Shown piece by piece: positions 42,787-51,816 of a stretch of DNA of 64,000 nt (position 1 is the first letter of the stretch; each line of letters begins with the position of its first letter). The DNA is from Candidatus Iainarchaeum sp. (GTDB lineage Archaea; Iainarchaeota; Iainarchaeia; Iainarchaeales; JAZDFD01), in the NCBI GenBank assembly GCA_043808155.1, contig JAZDFD010000016.1, forward strand, positions 7,604 through 71,603. Reading direction: 5' to 3'. The notes below the pieces were generated by a model. The model was not told the origin of the DNA. It ran no database searches and saw nothing but the letters and a program-made list of their open reading frames with translations. The position numbers were made by a program, and so were the translations under genes.

Positions 42787-45654
42787 GTGGTGTTGATGAA
42801 AAAGGTATTGTTAGCCGTATTTGTACTGTTTTTACTTATTGCATTCACTTCATCCGCATTCGCAATCCAGCAGTTAATGGCACTTCACGGACAGGTTACT
42901 GATACTGGAAACCCAATAGTGAGCGGAAATTTAAGAGTTTACATTTATGATGATCCCACTGCAGGAAACCTAATTTATGATTCAGCTTCAGATTATGATG
43001 GGTCAATTGTAAATGGAATTTTTGATGTAATGCTTGGAGATAATACAACACTTGACCTTAACTACGGAACTCATTACTACATGGATTTAGCTGTTGATGG
43101 AACTGATTTAGATTTTGGTGCAAATGAAAGACAAAGATTTGAATCATCACACGGACTAGTACGAACAAATTCAATTATGGATGGTACAATTGCAAATGCA
43201 GACATTGCATCAGATGCTGCAATTGCCTGGTCAAAAGTTTCAAAAACTGGTTCAAATCTTTCTGACATTGGCTGGGATTCTGATTTTAATACTGCATTTG
43301 TTACAGAAGCAGATGGAAATAATTTATATGTTCTTCAAACAGATGGAAACACTTGGTATTACAATAGAACAGATGTGAATTCACTTTTTGTTAAACAAGC
43401 AGATGGAAATGTATGGTATCCGCGCTTAACAGAAAGTGAAACAATAACTGGAACTTGGGACTTTACAAACTCAACAACTTTTTCAGGTGGCTTTGGAAGT
43501 AATGGTGCAACAATCCAAGATGGAATTCTTTACGTACAATCAATTGTAATTGTAAATGATTTCAATGCTGCAACTGTTCAGGGAATTGACATTAACGGAC
43601 ATCACACTCCTTCAATTGACAACACATGGGATTTAGGTTCTGATACAAAAACTTGGAGAACAATTTACGGAACAGATGCAAACTTCACAACAATTTCAGT
43701 TCCTGCAGATGCAATCACTTGGACATTTGTAAATAAATCAGGGAGTAACTTAACTGACATCGAAACCCGAAACCATAATGATTTGCAGAGCATGGATGGC
43801 GGAACAACTGCAGAATATTATCACTTAACAAACACGCAACACTCTAACTTAACTGCATTAAATGGTGTATGGGTTACAATAAATTCCAATTCAGGGTCAA
43901 CTTCTGCAAACGCATTCCCTGACACATTAAACATTTATGGTTCTGACGACATTAATGTTTCAATTTCAGGAGACACAGTCACAATTGATTACAATGGTTC
44001 TGTTGCTGGTTCAATAACTGACACAAATTGGTCAACCTCATGGTCAGTATTTGATACAAATTTAAGTAATTATTACTGGAAACAATCTGATTTGAATGCA
44101 TATCTCCCACTAACTTATTACACTCAAACAGATGCAAACAATGTATTTGTAAAGATTTCAGATACTAACAACACAGGCAGATTAACCTACACAGTAATCG
44201 CAGACGCACCATGGACTACATCTGACACAACAGGAATCCTGTGGGCAGAACTGGATGCACTGACACCATGGGCAGATGGAAACGTAGCAGATGACATTAC
44301 ATTAACAAATCTGACACAAATAACAACAAGAGCATACAGCGATTTACAAGGAACGCCATACATTCCAACAGAAGCAGCAATAGATGCAAACGCACAAGCA
44401 CTAATTAACGCATCTGACACAAACGCAGCAACAGCATGTGATAATCAGGAAGTACTCCTAGGTGACGGAACATGCCTGAGCAGATTCACATTAGACACAA
44501 ACATCGCTGCAGGCGCAACAGGAATCCTGTGGGCAGAACTGGATGCACTGACACCATGGGCAGATGGAAACGTAGCAGATGACATTACATTAACAAACAT
44601 TTCACAAATCACAACAAAACCAATCTGGTCATTAGGCAATGTAGCAGATCTAAACCTCGTATTTGTAAAACAAAGTGATGGAAATACATGGTACATAAAA
44701 ACCGCAGACGCAAACACAGCAGGAAGATTAACATACACAGTAATCGCAGACGCACCATGGACTACATCTGACACAACAGGAATCCTGTGGGCAGAACTGG
44801 ATGCACTGACACCATGGGCAGATGGAAACGTAGCAGATGACATTACATTAACAAACGTAACCCAAATAACAAACAGAAACATATGGGACATGACAAATGT
44901 CAGCGATTTAGCAATTGACACAAACGCAGCAACAGCATGTGATAATCAGGAAGTATTGCTGGGTGACGGAACATGCCTGAGCAGATTTGTACTGGACACT
45001 AATATAGCGGGGGGTAGCTCAACCGATAGTAATGTTTGGACAGATAAATTCTTAGATGATACAAATAAATTAGTTGCAGATTGGAATGCAGGAAATGTGG
45101 AACTTGAGGTTAGAGATATAAGTGTAGGAACTAATATAACTGTAAGAGGAAACATTAGTGCAGTTGGAGATCTAGATGTTATAGGAGATGCAAATATTGG
45201 AACTTACTCTGCACCAAACCAACCAATGTTTAGAGCGTTTATGACTTCTGCAATGTCGGATCTAACTAATAATGTATGGACCGAAGTGAATATTGATGAT
45301 GACAGTGGTACTGTTGGATTTGACCCCAAAAATAAGTTTAACACTACAACTCATGCTTATACTCCTGTAGAAGAGGGATATTATTTAGTTTATGGTCAGG
45401 CTTATTGGAGCACTAATATTACAACTAACAAAAGATACAATTGTTCCATCTATAAAAATGGTGCATCTGTATCATTGGATAGTGTACATTCAAGTGATGC
45501 TGCTGCTTATCTTATGTGCAGAGTTACAGATTTAATTTATTTAGATAGTAACGATTACATTGAATTCTATGTTAGATCATTATCTGGAGACAATACTGCG
45601 GATATTGCAGGCGGAACAACAGCAACATATTTCTTTGCCCACAAGATTTCATAA
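42787..45654 (+). CDS. Fibre-like surface protein (955 aa) with C-terminal C1q/TNF-like head domain
   Basis: Signal peptide. A fibre-type N-terminal module follows (LHGQVTDTGNPIVSGNLRVYIYDDPTAGNLIYD...NGIFDVMLG...YYMDLAV), then internal repeats. The C-terminus FRAF...GYYLVYGQAYW...SIYKNG...DYIEFYV...TYFFAHKIS follows the C1q jelly-roll pattern. Confidence 0.7.
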   Translation: MVLMKKVLLAVFVLFLLIAFTSSAFAIQQLMALHGQVTDTGNPIVSGNLRVYIYDDPTAGNLIYDSASDYDGSIVNGIFDVMLGDNTTLDLNYGTHYYMDLAVDGTDLDFGANERQRFESSHGLVRTNSIMDGTIANADIASDAAIAWSKVSKTGSNLSDIGWDSDFNTAFVTEADGNNLYVLQTDGNTWYYNRTDVNSLFVKQADGNVWYPRLTESETITGTWDFTNSTTFSGGFGSNGATIQDGILYVQSIVIVNDFNAATVQGIDINGHHTPSIDNTWDLGSDTKTWRTIYGTDANFTTISVPADAITWTFVNKSGSNLTDIETRNHNDLQSMDGGTTAEYYHLTNTQHSNLTALNGVWVTINSNSGSTSANAFPDTLNIYGSDDINVSISGDTVTIDYNGSVAGSITDTNWSTSWSVFDTNLSNYYWKQSDLNAYLPLTYYTQTDANNVFVKISDTNNTGRLTYTVIADAPWTTSDTTGILWAELDALTPWADGNVADDITLTNLTQITTRAYSDLQGTPYIPTEAAIDANAQALINASDTNAATACDNQEVLLGDGTCLSRFTLDTNIAAGATGILWAELDALTPWADGNVADDITLTNISQITTKPIWSLGNVADLNLVFVKQSDGNTWYIKTADANTAGRLTYTVIADAPWTTSDTTGILWAELDALTPWADGNVADDITLTNVTQITNRNIWDMTNVSDLAIDTNAATACDNQEVLLGDGTCLSRFVLDTNIAGGSSTDSNVWTDKFLDDTNKLVADWNAGNVELEVRDISVGTNITVRGNISAVGDLDVIGDANIGTYSAPNQPMFRAFMTSAMSDLTNNVWTEVNIDDDSGTVGFDPKNKFNTTTHAYTPVEEGYYLVYGQAYWSTNITTNKRYNCSIYKNGASVSLDSVHSSDAAAYLMCRVTDLIYLDSNDYIEFYVRSLSGDNTADIAGGTTATYFFAHKIS
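44176..44855 (+). repeat. Near-identical intragenic repeat family A (three copies)
   Basis: Copies at 44176-44309 and 44722-44855 (134 bp, 2 mismatches at the 5' end) and a partial copy at 44518-44597 (80 bp). They encode (GRLTYTVIADAPWTTSDT)TGILWAELDALTPWADGNVADDITLTN. Confidence 0.9.
44415..44988 (+). repeat. Intragenic repeat family B (two copies, period 502 bp)
   Basis: gacacaaacgcagcaacagcatgtgataatcaggaagta...ggtgacggaacatgcctgagcagatt at 44415-44486 and 44917-44988. They encode DTNAATACDNQEVLLGDGTCLSRF. Confidence 0.9.
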
Positions 45655-45671
45655 TTACTGAAGGTGATAAA

Positions 45672-46076
45672 ATGAGTGATGAATTAAAAGTTTCAAAAAA
45701 GAAAATAACATTAGCATTAGTGATTTTAGGAGCGTTAGTAATTGGTTTTGTTGCAGGAACATTTTTTGCACCAACTGCACCCGTTTCTGAAATTCAATCG
45801 CAAACATACAACTTAACAGAAGAAGATAAACAATTCCTTCGGAATTTAGCAAATACAGAAGTTTCAGCAATTATCTCCCAATCCGCTCAAACTGATTGGT
45901 GCACAGTAAATGGCGGAATATGGAATCAAAGCACAGACGAAGGTTTCTTTGAGATAAATAAAGAAATTTCAGATGAATTAAAATCACAAGGTGTTACAAT
46001 CACAGAAACCGAAGGCAAATATTTTGCACCAGTAAGTTTTGTAAAAAGAGACGGATGTATCATTCCAAAAAAGTGA
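45672..46076 (+). CDS. Small N-terminally anchored extracytoplasmic protein
   Basis: AGGTGAT SD; TM helix ITLALVILGALVIGFVAG; two Cys in the ectodomain. Confidence 0.5.
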   Translation: MSDELKVSKKKITLALVILGALVIGFVAGTFFAPTAPVSEIQSQTYNLTEEDKQFLRNLANTEVSAIISQSAQTDWCTVNGGIWNQSTDEGFFEINKEISDELKSQGVTITETEGKYFAPVSFVKRDGCIIPKK

Positions 46077-46080
46077 TTGA

Positions 46081-46857
46081 ATGAAAAAAATACTCCTGAT
46101 ATTTGGATTGCTTATTGTAATGAACTTTGCATTAACTGATGATTCAAATTCAGGAGGTACTAATTCACTCCCTGACTTTAATGTAGAGGATTACAACATC
46201 CCGGATTTCAATATCCCCGACTTAAATGTGTCCAATACAAACATCATTGACTTCAACATTCCAGATTTAAACATCATTAATCCAATCCTTGACTTAAATG
46301 CAATTGATTTCAATTCAATGTCTTTTGAATGCGAGTCACTTTCAATTTGTGATGAAAACACAATAATTTACTTCAATTGCTCTGATTTGAATATTTCAGA
46401 CTTAAACTGCATTTGGATAAATCAGTTAGATGATTTGAATTACACGCATTACCTTGCTCAAGATGCATGTATTGAAGACCAAGGTTATGAAATTGAAGAA
46501 ATTTCTGAAGATGGAAATGAAGAAGACACAAATGAATTGGAAGATGCAGCAACAACTGAAGACAAAACAGACAATTTAGAAAATGAAACATTAGACATTG
46601 AAGAAACAGCTGACAAAACTATAGATGATACGAACACATTAAACTGGCTATTAAACGGGATTTTAGAAATTATTGAAGAAACAATTGATACTTTTGTTGA
46701 CGAATTAATAACGCCCATTGTTGAAGCAATTTCAGGAGTTCCAGCACCAAAAGAATTCAAACTTGCAGAAAAAGACGTTCAGGTTGATGGAAAGTCTGCA
46801 AAATGCTTTGGAGTTGCATGTGATAGAATTCCAAAAAATTTAGGTGGTTCTGAATGA
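46081..46857 (+). CDS. Secreted acidic protein with DFNIPDLN-type short repeats
   Basis: Signal MKKILLIFGLLIVMNFAL, repeats DFNVEDYNIPDFNIPDLNVSNTNIIDFNIPDLNIINPILDLNAIDFN, and a D/E-rich centre. Confidence 0.5.
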   Translation: MKKILLIFGLLIVMNFALTDDSNSGGTNSLPDFNVEDYNIPDFNIPDLNVSNTNIIDFNIPDLNIINPILDLNAIDFNSMSFECESLSICDENTIIYFNCSDLNISDLNCIWINQLDDLNYTHYLAQDACIEDQGYEIEEISEDGNEEDTNELEDAATTEDKTDNLENETLDIEETADKTIDDTNTLNWLLNGILEIIEETIDTFVDELITPIVEAISGVPAPKEFKLAEKDVQVDGKSAKCFGVACDRIPKNLGGSE

Positions 46858-47171
46858 GGAAAGGACTAATAGTGTTGACATTGTTAGGTTTTCTTCTGTT
46901 TGGATGCTTACAAAATGCTCCTGAAAAATCAACTGATGAAAAAATATCAGAAGTCTTTAAAATAATGAGTGAAAAATATCCGAAGGATGAAATTCCGCAA
47001 ATCACATTAATTGAAAATGCAGATGAATTAAAATCACAACAGCAAGTAATTTACAAAAATGCAGAAAACGGAATGTTCATTGTGCAGTGGCCTGACTTGT
47101 TAGTAATTTATGATTATGAAAATCAAGAAGTTGTGCAAGAACTTGCAATAACAAATGTAAATTTAGGTTAG
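46854..47171 (+). CDS. Small lipobox-containing secreted protein
   Basis: MRKGLIVLTLLGFLLFGC signal. There is a 4-nt overlap with the upstream gene. Confidence 0.5.
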   Translation: MRKGLIVLTLLGFLLFGCLQNAPEKSTDEKISEVFKIMSEKYPKDEIPQITLIENADELKSQQQVIYKNAENGMFIVQWPDLLVIYDYENQEVVQELAITNVNLG

Positions 47172-47190
47172 TGTTTATTGAGTTGAATTA

Positions 47191-49320
47191 ATGATTTTTG
47201 AGTTGAGTTTAATGAGAAAATTTTTTTTAGTGTGTGTATTATTGCTGTTTGCATCTAATTGTTTAGCTTACACTGGTTCTGGTGGATCAATTGACCTGAA
47301 CTTTGGACATGAATCTGACATTGGTTATTATGATGCTAATGGTGGAAATATTGACACTAATTTTATTGCAGGAGATGCACCAACAGGTATTTGGGTGGAT
47401 GAAAATATTACTGCACGAGTGGGTGTTTATTTCGGTGCAAATGCTGCACCAACGGTAACAATAACTGCACCTGATGCAAATTATAGCACCACTAACACCA
47501 CTGTAACAATGACTTATGTTGGAACTGACAGTGACAGTTCAATTGCAAAATATTGGGTGAAATTAGATTCTTCTGACTGGGTTAGCAATGGAACTAATTT
47601 GAGTTATGATTTCATTGCATTAATAGTGGGTGATCACACACTCTATGTAAAAGCAACTGACACTACCGATATCAATTCCTCTGAAGCAAGCGTAGATATA
47701 ACAATCACTGAAGAACTCTGTGGCAATGGAACTTGCGATACAGGAGAAGACAGCACTTCATGCCCTGCTGATTGTGACGCTGGTGATGGAGGCGGCGGAG
47801 GCGGCGGAGGCGGCGGCGGCGGAGGAATCCCAAACCTCACTTTAAATGTCACAGGAGTTTGTGCAGGCTACCCAATAACTGCACTTGTGCTTGACAGAAA
47901 ACAACTGCCAGTTGAAGGTGCAGAAGTAATTTTAAGAATAAACATTGGTGAACTAATAACAAAACTCACTGATGAAGAAGGAAAAGCATATTTCACATTA
48001 GATTCCGGAACATACACGATTTGGGCTAAAAACGGATCTCAAACTACGCCCCCACAAAATCTAACAATTATTGATTGTGAAAGCGGTGCTAAGCCTACAA
48101 CTTTTGCAGTTCGACCTGAAAATATTAATGTTAGATTAAGACAGGGCGAAAGAAAAAGTGATTTTATTTATGTAAAAAATATAAGTGATGATACTCTTGA
48201 AATGACAATTGATTTATCTGATTTGCAAGGGTTTGTTCGTTTCATTGGCGGATTAAGTGAATACGATTTTCAAATTGATGTAAATCAGGAAAAAATATTC
48301 GAATTAGAATTTAATATTTCCCAGGAAACAACACCAGGAAACTATGTAAAACAAATTATAATATCTAATGGAACAACTATCCAAGTAATTCCTGTTGCAA
48401 TGAATATAAGTTCAGGCGGGGCATTATTTGATGTCTCAGTAGAGATTCCAGGAAAATACAAAACAATTTCTGCAGGTGAAGAACTTCTGGTGCAAGTTGA
48501 ATTGTACAATTTAGGAAAAACAGGAAGAATAGATGCATTAATTGATTATGAATTAAAAGACATTTTTGGAAACACGCATTTGATTTCTCAGGAGATGCTT
48601 GCTGTTGAAACTAAGATGGCATTCACAAAATTTTTAATAATTCCATTTGATTCTGCACCAGGTGACTATTTCATTGTAATCACAGTTTCATATGATGATG
48701 AGTTAGCAGTTGCAAGTGATAGTTTTTCAGTTACTGAGCCAATAGACGAAGAATTTGACATAATGCCTACTGTAACATTTGTTGGTTTAGCCATCGGAGT
48801 ATTTATGATCTTGCTCTTCTTTTGGAGAAAAAGAACAAGCATCATAGACTTTATTTCTGAAAACATCAAAAAATTAAAAACAATAAAACACAGAAAATCA
48901 ATTGAGAAAAAAATTGAGAAAAAAGCAATTATAAAATCCATGTCTGCAAAACCACCAGTTGCAGAACCCATGCCAGAAACAAAACCAAAAGAAATTAATC
49001 TGGAAAACATTTCAGAAAATCTGAGCATAGTTCATGATGCATATACTCACAACTTAATAACCCATGAAAACTATCTAAAAGATATCAATAACATAATCTC
49101 TGATTTGGAAAGAGTAATAATGTTAAACTTCATGGAACAGGTAGACTTAAAGAAAACAAAATACGAATCTGAACATCCAGAGTATGAATTACAACTCATG
49201 AAGCTTCTCCAAATGCAAAGAAGTCTTGTTGCAATTAGAGATGCATATGATTTACATCTAATAACTCTTGATTCATTTGAACCACACATAGCTGAGCTTA
49301 TTGAGGAATTAAGCAGTTAA
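47191..49320 (+). CDS. Surface protein with Cys-knot-like CGNGTCD motif, poly-Gly linker, CARDB-like beta-sandwich repeats, TM anchor and cytoplasmic tail
   Basis: Signal; CGNGTCDTGEDSTSCPADC; a 13-Gly run; ISAGEELLVQVELYNLGKTGRIDALIDYELKD (CARDB-like); TM helix TFVGLAIGVFMILLFFW. Confidence 0.6.
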   Translation: MIFELSLMRKFFLVCVLLLFASNCLAYTGSGGSIDLNFGHESDIGYYDANGGNIDTNFIAGDAPTGIWVDENITARVGVYFGANAAPTVTITAPDANYSTTNTTVTMTYVGTDSDSSIAKYWVKLDSSDWVSNGTNLSYDFIALIVGDHTLYVKATDTTDINSSEASVDITITEELCGNGTCDTGEDSTSCPADCDAGDGGGGGGGGGGGGGIPNLTLNVTGVCAGYPITALVLDRKQLPVEGAEVILRINIGELITKLTDEEGKAYFTLDSGTYTIWAKNGSQTTPPQNLTIIDCESGAKPTTFAVRPENINVRLRQGERKSDFIYVKNISDDTLEMTIDLSDLQGFVRFIGGLSEYDFQIDVNQEKIFELEFNISQETTPGNYVKQIIISNGTTIQVIPVAMNISSGGALFDVSVEIPGKYKTISAGEELLVQVELYNLGKTGRIDALIDYELKDIFGNTHLISQEMLAVETKMAFTKFLIIPFDSAPGDYFIVITVSYDDELAVASDSFSVTEPIDEEFDIMPTVTFVGLAIGVFMILLFFWRKRTSIIDFISENIKKLKTIKHRKSIEKKIEKKAIIKSMSAKPPVAEPMPETKPKEINLENISENLSIVHDAYTHNLITHENYLKDINNIISDLERVIMLNFMEQVDLKKTKYESEHPEYELQLMKLLQMQRSLVAIRDAYDLHLITLDSFEPHIAELIEELSS
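47788..47826 (+). repeat. GGA/GGC trinucleotide tract encoding 13 consecutive Gly
   Basis: ggaggcggcggaggcggcggaggcggcggcggcggagga read directly. It is a G+C island in an AT-rich gene. Confidence 0.9.
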
Positions 49321-49369
49321 TTATAAACTGAAAAGCATGTGTAATTTTTCAAAAATTCTGTATTTCCAA

Positions 49370-50011
49370 TCAATATTTCAATTTAAAATTAACAACTGAC
49401 GCTACCAGCAGCAATAATCCGAAAATTAAGAAATAAAAATTTCCTAATCCCGTATCTTCAAAGTAATCTAATTGATAACTCATTACATTGGATTCTTTAT
49501 TAAAAGCAAGATTGTAGGCGCCTATGGGTGCATTGATTGTGGTCGTGATTATTTTGTTATATCCTGCAGCGAAATCCGTGTAAGTAAAAACCAAACTTTC
49601 CGCAGTTTCAGCAGACAAAGTCACTTTCTGTCCGACTGGTGCAACTGCCACTCCCCAAAGACTGTCTCCGTTGTTAACTGCAACTCCCTTAACAGTATAA
49701 GATGCGATTATCTCATTATTGAATTCGTCAACATCCACATCCAAATCTTCAATTTGAATTGGTTGATTTTCCGGTTTAAAAATTCTCGCATAAGTATTTA
49801 GGTTGGGGTACTGTTGCTTAAAAAGATTAAATGCGCTTGTAGTGAACGAAATTTGTTCATTAACTCTAGCGTCACCGTTTGACAAAATATTTATAGTGGA
49901 TTTTTCATTCATTTCAAGCGAAACAGGATTTTCAGTTTCCAAAGCAAAAACACTGCTGGATAATAAAATCAAACTAACTGAAAGCAAAAGTGCTCTGTTC
50001 ATTGTCATCAC
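49370..50011 (-). CDS. Secreted protein with C-terminal TM anchor
   Basis: Signal MNRALLLSVSLILLSSSVFA and C-terminal FYFLIFGLLLLVASVV. Confidence 0.5.
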   Translation of the reverse strand: MMTMNRALLLSVSLILLSSSVFALETENPVSLEMNEKSTINILSNGDARVNEQISFTTSAFNLFKQQYPNLNTYARIFKPENQPIQIEDLDVDVDEFNNEIIASYTVKGVAVNNGDSLWGVAVAPVGQKVTLSAETAESLVFTYTDFAAGYNKIITTTINAPIGAYNLAFNKESNVMSYQLDYFEDTGLGNFYFLIFGLLLLVASVVNFKLKY

Positions 50012-51630
50012 GCTCCCACCACAAATGTTACAGCAATATCTTCCAACTCATTCATTGCAGTTTGTGTATTTGGATTCAATGTATCATACAGAAATGCAAA
50101 TCCATAATTCCCTGCTTCAAAATATTTACCCACACCTTTACCTGTTTCTCCAGTAAAAGCCTGAAAGTTATAAGTTACGACAACTCCGTTATAATAATTG
50201 GAAATATTTTCCTGACTGACCGATGTTGATTGCACATAACCAACAGTTGATAAAGCTGCTTCAACATAAGTACGCATGTTTTCTTTTGTTTCATTTGGTT
50301 CCCAACTAACTAAAAACTCACTTTTAGTGTCAGGAGACTGAACAAGAACTTCCCCCTCAACAGCGTGGTGAATTACCCAGTCAGAAGGATAAGTAATAGC
50401 CCATTCAGGATTAGCATTTTGGTAAACCCGCATATTTTCTCCAACAATATCCGAAGCACCATCTGTATTAGATTGCCCTCCTGAAGTTGAATGTGTCTGA
50501 GTAAGTGTGTCTTTTACATTCCATTGCTCAAAAACATTTTCCGGTAATGTCTCCAATTGCGGAGGTGTGATTCCTGCTATTTGCAGAGACTTAATGTCCA
50601 CTAAAATATTTGGACCCTGCATTGCATTATTGAATACTTGTTCCCCAACTTCAAGTGCTGTCTGAAAACTGGCGTGCTCATTTAACTGAGTAGATTCAAT
50701 TATAACGATGTTTCCGCTTTCAGGAAGTCTTACTACAGGAAATGCGTGGCCTGGCATTAAAATAACATATGCGTCAAGACCCTGCGAAAGTGCAAGAGAT
50801 GCAAAAAACAATGCAGTGTCAATGCACGTGCCTGATTTTTCTTTTAATACGTCCCTCGGATATTTAATAAATTGAGAGAATTTACCAGTCCAAAAAGCTT
50901 CGGGTTCGGTTTTATAAGCAATGTCATTTGCAACCGATAATGTCCACATTCCTTCAAGACTTCTAATCGCATCTTCATCAGACAATCTCGCTGCTGTACC
51001 ACCTGCAAGAGCATTACCCGCGTCAGCAAATTTCATTATTACTGGGTCTGAAGGAGTTGCCCATGCAGCCAGCAAGGGATAGTTACTTGCAACATCATAA
51101 AATGAACCAGTACTTTCTTCCGGAGGAATGCTTGAGAAAATAAAATCATGAACTCCTAAAATGGAAACTGATTTACTGCCGGTTAATTCTTTTTCTTCAC
51201 CATCTTTGTTTTTAGAATATGTAAATTTTACATTAATCTTTGAAGGAGTCGGACTTGTTAAATTTGTTAAGTCACTGGACAAAATAGGATAATACAAATC
51301 CACAACCGTGCTACCGGGTAATAACATAGGATAAGTCTGTGTTTCACTCCAATCAGAATAGCCTGCTACATTATACTGCGGTTTCACGTTGTACAATGGC
51401 CTGTCACCAGTATTTGAAATAATTGTTTTCGCAACCCACTGACCAAGCTTTTCATTGCTATAAATTTTATATGTGGCAGAAACAATATGTTCAGGAGTCA
51501 ACATTTCATAAGAAAGTTTTCCTTCCCCCATAGGTTCGGAAGGTAAAAATGCAAAAATCAAAAAACAGAAAAGCGCAAGCAAAACCAAAAAACCAGACAC
51601 AATATTTCTAAGGTCAATTTTATGAATCAA
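50008..51630 (-). CDS. N-terminally anchored protein with transglutaminase-like (Cys protease-fold) core
   Basis: TM helix IVSGFLVLLALFCFLIFAF. The segment KSGTCIDTALFFASLALSQGLDAYVILMPGHAFPVV matches the Cys...His core of transglutaminase-like domains. Confidence 0.6.
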   Translation of the reverse strand: MIHKIDLRNIVSGFLVLLALFCFLIFAFLPSEPMGEGKLSYEMLTPEHIVSATYKIYSNEKLGQWVAKTIISNTGDRPLYNVKPQYNVAGYSDWSETQTYPMLLPGSTVVDLYYPILSSDLTNLTSPTPSKINVKFTYSKNKDGEEKELTGSKSVSILGVHDFIFSSIPPEESTGSFYDVASNYPLLAAWATPSDPVIMKFADAGNALAGGTAARLSDEDAIRSLEGMWTLSVANDIAYKTEPEAFWTGKFSQFIKYPRDVLKEKSGTCIDTALFFASLALSQGLDAYVILMPGHAFPVVRLPESGNIVIIESTQLNEHASFQTALEVGEQVFNNAMQGPNILVDIKSLQIAGITPPQLETLPENVFEQWNVKDTLTQTHSTSGGQSNTDGASDIVGENMRVYQNANPEWAITYPSDWVIHHAVEGEVLVQSPDTKSEFLVSWEPNETKENMRTYVEAALSTVGYVQSTSVSQENISNYYNGVVVTYNFQAFTGETGKGVGKYFEAGNYGFAFLYDTLNPNTQTAMNELEDIAVTFVVGA

Positions 51631-51719
51631 ATAATCGCCATCTTAACAAGTTCTTTTTTAAATTATTAAAGTTATTTTTTAATTTGATATTTAATTCAAT
51701 AAACTATTAACTGGTTAAT

Positions 51720-51805
51720 AAAACTTGCTATTATCTAAAACTTGCTATTATATTATGTCCAATTGGACATCTGGCTGAAATTCATTATTATGAAATTCAT
51801 TATTA
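51720..51805. promoter_or_regulatory. Regulatory region: two short tandem duplications flanking a 16-bp perfect palindrome
   Basis: aaaacttgctattat occurs twice (51720-51734, 51737-51751). atgtccaattggacat is at 51755-51770. gaaattcattatta occurs twice (51777-51790, 51792-51805). All lie upstream of the minus-strand gene starting at 51630. Confidence 0.55.
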
Positions 51806-51816
51806 AAATTACACAA

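Noticed and set aside
42787-45654. Diversity-generating retroelement target (template/variable repeat pair) in the fibre gene.
   Set aside because: The repeats are near-identical, with differences not concentrated at adenines. They lie in the shaft rather than in a C-terminal lectin-fold variable region. No reverse transcriptase gene is present in the window.
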